From: Macrostomum lignano
Taxonomy: Eukaryota
NCBI GenBank assembly: GCA_002269645.1
Contig: NIVC01000018.1
Location: 184,977 to 248,976 of the forward strand
DNA length: 64,000 nt
Direction of reading: 5' to 3'
Position 1 is the first letter of the stretch, and every line of letters starts with the position of its first letter. This document shows positions 11,261 to 22,500 of the stretch, piece after piece. The notes beneath the pieces are model-generated. The model did not search any database. It saw only the letters and a list, made by a program, of their open reading frames with translations, and was not told the DNA's origin. Made by a program: the position numbers and the translations under genes.

Positions 11261-12077
11261 CACCCCTGCGCCTCGGTGATGCCCTCTGCAGCTAAGTCAA
11301 ACATACTCGTGTGCATACTGGCACTAATTCATGATTGAGCATACATGTACATGTAGGTGAAATACTTGCGTCAGTGTCAATACGCTCTTGTGCTAATCTC
11401 CATTCTAGCCGTGCTTGCTTTTGCTAGTGCGCGCTTGTTCATGCAACCCAACTTTAATGATATTTTTAAACCTAGCTTACTTGAGGTAGCAAATAAGCCA
11501 GACTATGTGGATAGTTTGCCATTAGCTAAGGAAAGTTTAACATTTTGAGCAGAATAAGAGAATTTTCAGGCCGCCGCGATCCAAACTTCAAACTCTGCGA
11601 CTTGCGATCTGGTCAATTCTTTTGCGCGAGCGAAATTTCTCAAATAAGTGTAACGTGAAGTGAAAAATACTTGGGCGACTTCGGACACTTCCAAATATGC
11701 GCGAAAATGAGTGGCGCAACAGCCAAATTACCGGGGTGACATCGATCGAGCAAAATGCTTTTTTATTTGTTATTCGGACAAAAAATAATTACAGCTCTCA
11801 ATAAACGCAAAGGTAATGTGCCGCTTGGATAGAATAAATTTTTGCAGCTACGCAAAAACAATCGAAGTAATGCGCGCAACATAGAGCTGCCCGAAGAAAC
11901 TTCAGCTACACAGCAACTACAAACCAGTGGTACAGGACTGCGCATCGCCAGGGTGTGAGTCACACAAACACGCATCACTTCAGACAATCGTTAAGGTCAT
12001 AACCATAGTTTATTAAATAACCCTCACTATGCCACTGTTCGTTAAGGTCCTCGCGGAACCGGATGACAGCACGCGAG

Positions 12078-12680
12078 CAGCGATCGTCCTCCGCTTGAGC
12101 CGGTGGTCACTGCAGCAAGCGGCAGGCAGCAAACAGTCCTGCGATCGTCCTCCGCTTGAGCCGGTGGTCACTGCAGCAAGCGGCAGGCAGCAAACAGTCC
12201 TGCGATCGTCCTCCGCTTGAGCCGGTGGTCACTGCAGCAAGCGGCAGGCAGCAAACAGTCCTGCGATCGTCCTCCGCTTGAGCCGGTGGTCACTGCAGCC
12301 GAAGTGGCAGGCAGCAAACAGTCCTGCGATCGTCCTCCGCTTGAGCCGGTGGTCACTGCAGCAAGCGGCAGGCAGCAAACAGTCCTGCGATCGTCCTCCG
12401 CTTGAGCCGGTGGTCACTGCAGCCGAAGCGGCAGGCAGCAAACAGTCCTGCGATCGTCCTCCGCTTGAGCCGGTGGTCACTGCAGCAAGCGGCAGGCAGC
12501 AAACAGTCCTGCGATCGTCCTCCGCTTGAGCCGGTGGTCACTGCAGCCGAAGCGGCAGGCAGCAAACAGTCCTGCGATCGTCCTCCGCTTGAGCCGGTGG
12601 TCACTGCAGCCGAAGTGGCAGGCAGCAAACAGTCCTGCGATCGTCCTCCGCTTGAGCCGGTGGTCACTGCAGCCGAAGCG
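12078..12680 (-). repeat. 61/63-bp GC-rich tandem array, about 10 units (right arm)
   Basis: Reverse complement of the left array, with a different order of the 61- and 63-bp variants. Confidence 0.95.
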
Positions 12681-12954
12681 GCAGCATTCATCGGATCCTT
12701 GCAAAATAGTATTTCTTTTCTGGCATCCCAAATCCCAAATAGCTTTCATAAACGCACAGTTCCCCGTTGGAAAGCCGAATACTAAGTGCGGCGTCAGCGT
12801 TAGCTGACTCGCATGTACGCACCATAAATAATGAGAGTGAAGCGTCTGAAGTAAATAATGATGCATTATCTTTTTAAATAATACCAAAACGAAACAATCT
12901 TCTCAGTTTCGAACATAAATGGAGACAGTACACGGGGGCACAGTGGGAGATAGC

Positions 12955-14745
12955 CTGGAAGTGGTTGCCATGGAAGGGGTAGCCTGGGAGGAGTAGCCTG
13001 GAAGGGCTGCCTGGGAGGGGTAGAGTAGGAGGGGTAGTCTCGGAGCGCTGCCTGGGAGGGGTAGGCAGGGAGGGCTGCCTGGGAGGGGTAGGCTGGGAGG
13101 GGTAGGCTGGGAGGGCTGCCTGGGAGGGGTAGGCTGGGAGGGGTAGGCTGGGAGGGGTAGGCTGGGAGGGGTAGGCTGGAAGGGGTAGGCTGGGAGGGCT
13201 GCCTGGGAGGGGTAGGCTGGGAGGGGTAGGCTGGGAGGGCTGCCTGGGAGGGGTAGGCTGGGAGGGCTGCCTGGGAGGGGTAGGCTGGGAGGGCTGCCTG
13301 GAAGGGGTGGGTAGTCTCGGAGCGCTGCCTGGGAGGGTTAGGCAGGGAGGGCTGCCTGGGAGGGGTAGGCTGGGAGGGGTACGCTGGGAGGGCTGCTTGG
13401 GAGGGGTAGGCAGGGAGGGGTAGGCTGGGAGGGCTGCCTGGGAGGGGTAGGCTGGGAGGGGTAGGCTGGGAGGGCTGCCTGGAGGGGTAGGCTGGGAGGG
13501 GTAGGCTGGGAGGGCTGCCTGGGAGGGGTAGGCTGGGAGGGCTGCCTGGAAGGGGTGGGTAGTCTCGGAGCGCTGCCTGGGAGGGGTAGGCAGGGAGGGC
13601 TGCCTGGGAGGGGTAGGCTGGGAGGGGTACGCTGGGAGGGCTGCTTGGGAGGGGTAGGCAGGGAGGGCTGCTTGGGAGGGGTAGGCAGGGAGGGCTGCTT
13701 GGGAGGGGTAAGCTGGGAGGGGTACGCTGGGAGGGCTGCCTGGGAGGGGTGGGTAGGCTGGGAGGGCTGTCTGGGAGGGGTAAGCTGGGAGGGCTGTCTG
13801 GGAAGGTTTGCCTGGGAGGTGTAGAGTAGAAGGGGAAGAGTAGGAGGGGAAGAGTAGGAAAGAGGAGGCTGATGGTTTGAGTAGGAAGGGTAGCCTGGGA
13901 GAGAGCCTGGAAGAGGTTGTGATGGAAGGGGTAGCCTGAGAGGGGTAGAGTAGCAGGGGTAGCCTAGGAGGGTTGCATAGGAGAAGTAGCTTGGGAAGGG
14001 TATAGTGGGAGGGGTAAACTGGACGGGGTAGCTTGGGAGAGCTGAGAGCTCACTGGGAAGGGTATCCTCGGATGGTTATCCTGGGAGGGGTAGCCTGGGA
14101 AGGGTAGCCTGGGAGGGGTAGAATGGGAGGGTAGCCTGGGAAGGGTAGAATGGGAGAGGTAGCCTGGGAAGGGTAGAATGGGAGAGGTAGCCTGGGAAGG
14201 GTATCCTGGGAAGGGTAGCCTGGGAGGGGTAGAATGGGAGGGGTAGAATGGGAGGGCTGCCTAGGAAGGGTAGCATGGGAGAGGTAGCCTGGGAAGGGTA
14301 GCCTGGGAAGGGTAGCCTGGGAAGGGTAGCCTAGGAAAGGTAGCCTGGGAGGGGTATAATGGGAGGGGTAGAATGGGAGGGGTAGAATGGGAGGGGTAGA
14401 ATGGGAGGGGTAGAATGGGAGGGGTAGAATGGGAAGGCTGCCTGGGAAGGGTAGCCTGAGAAGGGTAGAATGGGAAGGGTAGTCTGGGAGGGGTAGAATG
14501 GGAGAGGTAGAATAAGAGGAAGCCTGAGGGGTTGAATAGGAAGGGTAGCCATAGAGGGGTAGCCTAATAGGGCTGTCTGGGAAAGGTAAAGTAGGAGAGA
14601 TAGCCTAGAGGAACTGTCTAGGAGGGCTACCTAGGAAAGACAGCCTAGAAGGACTACCTAAGAAGAATAGCCTAGAATAGATGGCCTAGATAGTCTAGAG
14701 GGGAGTGCCTAGAAAGGCTACCTAGAAGAGATAGCAAAGATAGAT
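12955..14745 (+). repeat. G-rich mirror of the minisatellite (gggaggggtaggct...) in right arm
   Basis: Reverse complement of 2990-4520 with somewhat more copies. Confidence 0.9.
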
Positions 14746-16006
14746 CCAAAGGTCCCAAGGGGCCATAGCCATGATATCTCCCTTAACTATGGATTAAAAA
14801 CTCTGGGTCATATATTTTGGCCAAGGTCTATTTTCTAATTTTAGGTTATAGTTGCTTTGTATAGTTTGCCCTTTTCAAATTTCTCTAGATATTTCCTTGA
14901 AAGATAATTATAAAGGCTAGCCAAAGAAAAATAGCTTAGAATAAAGAAGCCTAGCTAGAATAAACTAGATTAGATAGACTAAGTGAGGTAGACTAGCCTA
15001 GTCTAACTAGGTAAGATAGTCATAAAGGTTGTTTAAAAAGAATAATAGCCTAGCTAAGCCTTGTTAAGCTATAGTATAGGCAAAACTTTTTTATTTACTT
15101 TTTTAACTTATATTTATAACAAAGTAATAGGCTAGGCCTATAGTATAGGCTATACTAACAAAATATATTTGTTAAATGTTCATAGTATAGTAGGCTCTAT
15201 ACTAGAATTAGAACTAGAAATGTTTATGTTTAATATAGGCTTTACAAATAATTTACTAGTACTAATATTAATAACAAAAACTTTTTTATAGCCTAAAGAC
15301 AAAGTAGCTACCTAGCTATATGAGCTATATGTCCATATAATATATAACACTTGATTAGACCTAGCCCTACCTTTACATGGCTGATGGCTACAATAAAAAC
15401 CTATACTAGCCATAGATAAGCCTAGCATATGCTATATATAGGCCTGGTGCTAGGCTCTAAAATTTCAACCAAGCCCAAATATAGATTAGAAAGAACTTAT
15501 CAACTTATATCTAGTCATTAATAGCCTATCCTAGCCTTTTAACTAAAGATAATATATCCCTGCCATTTTAAAGTAGACCAGAACAAGTCAATTGGCCTAT
15601 ATTTACTATATATTACAGTGCAATTCAATTCTAACAATGAAATAGGCCTAGTTGCTTGATATCAAATGTAGCTTTTTGAACTAGGCCTATTAGGGCCTAG
15701 TCAATTAGTCCAGTTGTGTCTAAGCCTAGTAAAGATTAACTACTTGCTAATGCTTAACAATAATGAAATGGCTTAGTATTAAACTGTAACGAATCTTGTA
15801 CTTAACCTTACCCTAGCCTAAAACTAAAATAGTCTAGGCCCCTAGCTCATTTTAAATCGACGGCAATTTTACCAGCCGATTGAATATATTAGTTCGCTTT
15901 AGTAGGCCTTGCGAACATGATCTTTGAACACAGAACTTGTTCGCAACAGCCTTAAAGGCGGTCAGCGATCATGTTCAATTTGGCTTTATCCGTGTCAACA
16001 GGGCTG

Positions 16007-19000
16007 ATTGAGACTATTCGCACACGTAAATCTACTAAGAATTCAGTTGTTTTAAATAGACAGTTCTGAAACTGAAGTTACTGGTAAAATGTTTATCAAA
16101 ACAGCTGAAGTAATTTAACGGCGTCGGTTAGAATTCGCTTCAAAAAGTCATGAGTAAAATGTTCTCATTGACCCAACGGCATGTAATACATGTAACCCAT
16201 TAAAAAATTTTACAGTGCGTAAAAAGCCATTTAAATACCGCAAAATCGCGTTTCAAGGAAGACTTAGTTAAACAAAGTAAGTACATACTGTAACATAGTT
16301 TATCTAAAATACAACATACTATAAAAACAAAAATAATTTTCTTTTTACTTGAACTTTGCATCACAGGTTCTTATTGTTGACTATAGCCAGCGCTAATCAT
16401 TGCCCTCCGTTTCAAATCAAGAATTTGTACCGGTTGGATTGAGCTTATCATGTGGAGATTGTTTACTTTTCCTTTTCAGGTAACACACCCTTAGTTGGAA
16501 TTTAGTATTACGTTGATACTTGCGGTGTATTTGCTTTCGTTTTTAAGCTTATGTTATTGAAAAACTTAGGTAGTTATTGTGTATCTATGATATAATTTTT
16601 CTAATTCTAGTATACCCTTGCTTCTTGCATATTTGAATAATTTGATAATAATAGTTAACTATGTAGATGCTATGCTATGTTTGTATGACTATCGATGAAC
16701 CCAGCTCATGTTTTCTACTTTTGCTTTCCAGTTTCTATCCCCTAGATATAGATCTATCTAACCAACTAGTAAATTTTAGTAGACAGTACTAATCTAAAGT
16801 GCTAAAATAATAGCTCTAGTATTAAAAATAGAAATTCTGAAAATAGACTCAACTTTTTTACTAGTAATGTATGTTATTGTTACTATTATTTTTATCTATA
16901 TTATTTAAATACAACTTTATTGAATTGACAAATTAAAAAAAGCTATATAGGCACGTCTTTTATTTCTAAAGATACAAACATTTGATTTGAATACAAAATA
17001 ATTACTATTATTTTTTTAGAATTTAGTGACAATAATTAATATTATATTAAATAGTTATAGAATGATTTCCTTTACTCTTTACTTTGGGCCTAGGGACCTA
17101 CATTTACAATAACAAAAGTGGCCAAATGATTTGAAATTTAACTTTTATATATGATTATTTTTTATTTTTTTATTCATTATCATTTTACTTGGCTTTTTTA
17201 TTTTTGTTTGCAAAAAAATGTTGATAAATTTAAATGTAAAAATATATATGATGCTATATTAGGCCTATTTTTCAATTCCAATAGCTAAAATATATTTAAA
17301 AAAACTAAAAAATATTAGTTTTATTTCAAAAGTTTTATATTTTTCTATTCATATTAAAGTTTTGTTATAGCTATTAGCAATTAGAAATTAATGTTTGCAA
17401 CCTAGAAAATCTAAAAACCTGGTAATGCAAAAAACCTAGAAATCCTCCCCTAAATAGATAGAAAAAACCTAGAAATAAATCAATATTAGAAAGGAAACCT
17501 AGAATTATCATTCATCGTGTGATCCATGTAATGTGAAACTAGAGATAAGACTATATGGCTTGTAGTAGGAAACAAGAAATCAAGAAACATTGTTAAACAT
17601 ATAAACTTCATTAATAAAGTCCCTAGGTTGCTACCTAAAGGTTTTTTAACCTGGTTTAGAAATTGATATTGATATTGGATAATGCATGGCCATACTAAGC
17701 CCCTATTGGAATAAATGTTAAAAACTTGCAGACACACACTTTAGAAAAAGAGTCAAATTATTTTACCGCGCTTTAGGAGTATTAGAAATCATTTTCTATC
17801 AAAATCAAAAGCTGCTAACTTTCCAAAATCCTAATTGAAATTTTCCAAAATAAAAATAAAAAACAACAAAGTTTAGTATGACTAAAACTTACTTTTTTAC
17901 TCTTGATTTATTGTTTATGCAAAACAAAATACATGTATATATAGCACAAATTCGTTTATTTTTTAGCCACTCTTTTATACACTTCCAAAATTTTGGCTTC
18001 CGAATTTTCTGAAATCAAAATTCACTGTAAAAAATTCCAAATTTTGGAAAATCAGAATTGAACTTTTAGAACATCTCTAAGCATTATACAAAAAAATGAT
18101 TGGTGTATAGGCCCCTTCCACAAAGGTAATAGACCCTCTTCCATGTATATTTATTTTCTAGAGCAACAGCCAGCAGGAAAAGGCAGCACGCATGTGCATA
18201 GTGCACACTGTGCTTTAGAAAAATTTTGAAAGCACGTTGGATGCCACCGCAGTTTTACATCTTTTTCTATAGGGTACTAAGCTATGGGTATATTTATGAG
18301 AAATTGCAAATATAAATGATTTTAGACAACATATAGGTATATATATCTTAATGGGAATTGACTTAGCTACAGATGGCTCCGTACATCTAGAAATAGCAAG
18401 GAGGCATTGCCATCCATTTTACTAACCCCTAGCAACATAAGTCAATGAAAGGCGAATGGGGGCTAAAGGTGAAAAGCAGCTGAGCTATTGGAATATATAT
18501 CTTATATCTAGTTCCTATATCTAGTAATATTGACAATTCAGCAAGTGAGGTTTAGAAGACTTTTATAGAGTATTTGATTTCAAAGCAACAGAAATAAATG
18601 AACTTTGCTAGTTTTAAAGCTTTTGTAAGAGGACTGTTAAGTCTAGGGTAAAAGACTCAAATAAATTTTTAATGGTATGGTTGAGATGGTAAGGTTCAAA
18701 GTTAAAATGAATGTGTTTACTTTTAATACACAAGGAGCTCTTTGGTAGGCCTAAATGTTTGGTACTCAAACAATATATTTTTTAGATATATATCTTGTGT
18801 GGTTGGGGTAATAGTGGGTGCTAAAGTTAGGATTAATAGTCCCAGCTATTCTTAATATAAAATAAATGCAACACTTAATTGGTGAAGGTCAACTATTGCT
18901 ATCATTCTTTACTTTCTTTAAATATTATAGTGAGTGATAAAGGAACTATTGCCATTTGATTTAATATTGTTAAAATAAATGGAAGTTATAAACAATTCTT

Positions 19001-19480
19001 TGCTATAGATATAAGGTATAAATAGGCTATAGAAAAAATTGATATAGTTATAAATATGAATATAGGAATATTTTGGTTGTAGAAATCTCATGCATATAAA
19101 ATTATTAATACATATATCCTGTATATTTATATGTATTTATATTAGGACTATTTTTAAATGTATAATCCCTAAAATTCCTTTTATTCTTTGCTGCAAAAAA
19201 CTATATAATTTTTTAAACTGAAATTTATTTTCTACTTTTTAATAGCTTGATCATTTTATTAGTGATGATACAAATGGTTTCTATTGTACATCATTTAAGA
19301 TTTATCAAATTACTTTACCTACTAGCAGCTGATGCTATAGTTCTTGGTAGAATCTTCAAAAAAGTTATGAAGCTCAATTCAAGAAATAATAGTTTTGTTT
19401 TATTGCTTTTATTTTGAGCTAACTAATCTTTATTTAATAACGTTACACACTAGCTTGAAGACCTGATATTTTATACTGGT
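16007..19480. other. AT-rich, TpA-rich, CpG-poor non-coding DNA, probably decayed repeat-derived
   Basis: Visibly very AT-rich, with abundant tag/cta/tata and only one short ORF in the track. It ends abruptly just before the CCDC88 start. Confidence 0.5.
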
Positions 19481-19513
19481 GCATGCTGGGTCGCAGTGAA
19501 TGCCAATCAGACA

Positions 19514-22500
19514 ATGAGTGTCCGCCCTGTGCAGCCCCAGCAGCAGCAGCAACAACAGGAGAAGCGGCAGCAGGAGCAGAAGAGCCTGGAGCTAGTGCTC
19601 CGATGGATTCACGGCTTCTCTGGGGTTGCTTATCAGCCAGGCGTGATTAATATCGATTGGCTGATTAACGGCGCATTCCTTAATGCCGTCTACAGGTGTG
19701 CTGGCTGCGTAATCTATTAGGAATTTTAGGAGTTTCACGTTCCTTGCTGCTTTAAAAGAGTCAGTTTTAATTTTTCTTAAACCGGGACTCGGTTTACCAG
19801 ATTTGAACATCAAGGCTTAGTTGTCCAGAAACGGAATTTGACTGAGCAGAATCGGGGCGTTAGTGTACAGAATACTGACTTGAGTGTACGGAACCGGGAC
19901 TTAAGTGTACAGATTTGGGATTTGAGTGTATAGATTTGGGAATTAAGTGTATATAATCGGGACTTAAGTGTACAGATTCGGGACTTGAGTGTAGAGATTC
20001 GGGACTTGAGTGTACACATTCGGGACTTGAGTGTACACATTCGGGACTTGAGCGTACAGATTCGGGACTTGAGCGTACAGATTCGGGACTTGAGTGTACA
20101 GATTCGGGACTTATATTTCCGGAATCGGAATTCTAAATATCGATTTCAAATCCTCAATCCCAAATTTTCCTTCTCCCCACTAGGGAGATCGACCCGCGCC
20201 CACCATCGGACCCGTCGGCAGTGGCGGTTGTAGAGGAGCCCACCACGCTGCGCGACTGTTTGCGCAATTGGCGCAGCCTTCACGATCGACTGGCCGGCTT
20301 CTACGAGCAGGAATTGCAGAGCTGGCTGGTTCTGGCCCCGGCCAATTATGTCCGACTGTTGGCCAGTCGGTACTGCGGCGGAGTGCGGCTCAGCGGCGGC
20401 GGCGGGGACACAGAGGATGCAGACGAGTTGCAGGCCTGTCTGCTGGCTTTGCTTGGCGTAGCAGCTCAGTCTGACGCCTACAAGGCTCGCCTGGTAGAAT
20501 CGCTGCAGGTGAGCACTAATGGGGACTTTCGATCTTGTTGAGGCCCAGGCAAGGTTCTTTGGTGGGCTGTTAATATTATAGAATTTATAGAGCTTTTTGT
20601 TAGACCGCTGAAATTCTCCCCAGGTTCTTTGTTAGACCGCTGAAATTCTCCCCAGGTCCTTTGCTGGGCCGCTGCAATCTTTTCCAGTGTCCTTTGGTGG
20701 GCCGCTGCAATCCTTCCCAGGTCCTTTGTTAGGCGGCTGCAATCCTCCCCAGGTCCTTTGCTGGGCCGCTGCAATCTTTCCCAGTGTCCTTTGGTGGGCC
20801 GCTGCAATCCTTCCCAGGTCCTTTGTTAGGCGGCTGCAATCCTTTCCAGGTCCTTTGGTGGGCCGCTGCAATCCTTTCCAGGCCCTTTGTTAGGCGGCTG
20901 CAATCCTTTCCAGGCCCTTTGTTAGGCGGCTGCAATCCTTCCCAGGTCCTTTGTTAGGCGGCTGCAATCCTTTCCAGGTCCTTTGTTAGGCCGCTGCAAT
21001 CCTTCCTAGGTCCTTTGTTAGGCCGCTGCAATCCTTCCCAGGTCCTTTGCTGGGCCGCTGCAATCCTTCCCAGGTCCTTTGCTGGGCCGCTGCAATCCTT
21101 CCCAGGTCCTTTAATTGGCCGCTGCAATCCTCCCCAGGTCCTTTGTTAGGCGGCTGCAATCCTTCCCAGGTCCTTTGTTAGGCCGCTGCAATCCTTCCCA
21201 GGTCCTTTGTTAGGCCGCTGCAATCCTTCCCAGGTCCTTTGTTAGGCCGCTGCAATCCTTCCCAGGTCCTTTTATTGGCCACTGCAATCCTTCCCAGGTC
21301 CTTTGTTAGGCGGCTGCAATCCTTCCCAGGTCTTTTAATTGGCCGCTGCAATCCTTTCCAGGTCCTTTGTTAGGCGGCTGCAATCCTCCCCAGTGTCCTT
21401 TGGTAAGCCGCTGCAATCCTTCCCAGGTCTTTTAATTGGCCGCTGCAATCCTTCCCAAGTCTTTTAATTGGCCGCTGCAATCCTTCCCAGGTCCTTTGTT
21501 AGGCGGCTGCAATCCTTCCCAGGTCTTTTAATTGGCCGCTGCAATCCTTCCCAGGTCCTTTGTTAGGCGGCTGCAATCCTTTCCAGGTCCTTTGTTAGGC
21601 GGCTGCAATCCTTCCCAGGTCTTTTAATTGGCCGCTGCAATCCTTCCCAGGTCCTTTAATTGGCCGCTGCAATCCTCTCCAGTGTCCTTTGGTAAGCCGC
21701 TGCAATCCTTCCCAGGTCTTTTAATTGGCCGCTGCAATCCTTCCCAGGTCCTTTGTTAGGCGGCTGCAATCCTCCCCAGGGTCCTTTGTTAGGCGGCTGC
21801 AATCCTCCCCAGGTCCTTTGGTGGGCCGCTGCAATCCTTCCTAGGTCCTTTGTTAGGCGGCTGCAATCCTTTCCAGGTCCTTTGTTAGGCGGCTGCAATC
21901 CTTCCCAGGTCTTTTAATTGGCCGCTGCAATCCTCCCCAGTGTCCTTTGTTAGGCGGCTGCAATCCTCCCCAGGGTCCTTTGTTAGGCGGCTGCAATCCT
22001 TTCCAGGTCCTTTGTTAGGCGGCTGCAATCCTCCCCAGGTCCTTTGGTGGGCCGCTGCAATCCTTCCTAGGTCCTTTGTTAGGCGGCTGCAATCCTTTCC
22101 AGGTCCTTTGTTAGGCGGCTGCAATCCTTCCCAGGTCTTTTAATTGGCCGCTGCAATCCTTCCCAGGTCCTTTAATTGGCCGCTGTAATCCTTCCCAGGT
22201 CCTTTGGTGGGCCGCTGCAATCCTTCCCAGGTCTTTTAATTGGCCGCTGCAATCCTTCCCAGGTCCTTTGTTAGGCGGCTGCAATCCTCTCCAGTGTCCT
22301 TTGGTAAGCCGCTGCAATCCTTCACAGGTCTTTTAATTGGCCGCTGCAATCCTTCCCAGGTCTTTTAATTGGCCGCTGCAATCCTTCCCAGGTCCTTTGT
22401 TAGGCGGCTGCAATCCTTCCCAGGTCCTTTGTTAGGCGGCTGCAATCCTTGCCAGGTCCTTTGTTAGGCGGCTGCAATCCTTTCCAGGTCCTTTGTTAGG

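Larger units (their letters stand above)
1726..16006. mobile_element. Giant non-autonomous foldback-type DNA transposon (14.3 kb, multi-kb modular TIRs, 7-8 bp TSD)
   Basis: 1753-5418 is the reverse complement of 12062-15989. The outer termini CACCCGTGTTGACA (1726) and revcomp CAGCCCTGTTGACA (16006) match at 12/14 positions. ATTGAGA is directly repeated at 1719-1725 and 16007-16013. No intact transposase ORF was seen in the core. Confidence 0.85.
12062..16006 (-). repeat. Right inverted arm (TIR), about 3.9 kb
   Basis: Reverse complement of the left arm, with small indels, substitutions and different repeat copy arrangement. Confidence 0.92.

Noticed and set aside
1787-15955. TTAA|GG...CC|TTAA as Kolobok/piggyBac termini of the big element
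   Set aside because: The inverted identity continues outward beyond TTAA to ends flanked by a 7-bp direct repeat, so TTAA is internal to the arms.
16208-18035. CACTGTAAAA motifs (CACTA-like ends) at 16217 (reverse) and 18023 (forward)
   Set aside because: They face away from each other, and I found no matching partner or TSD.
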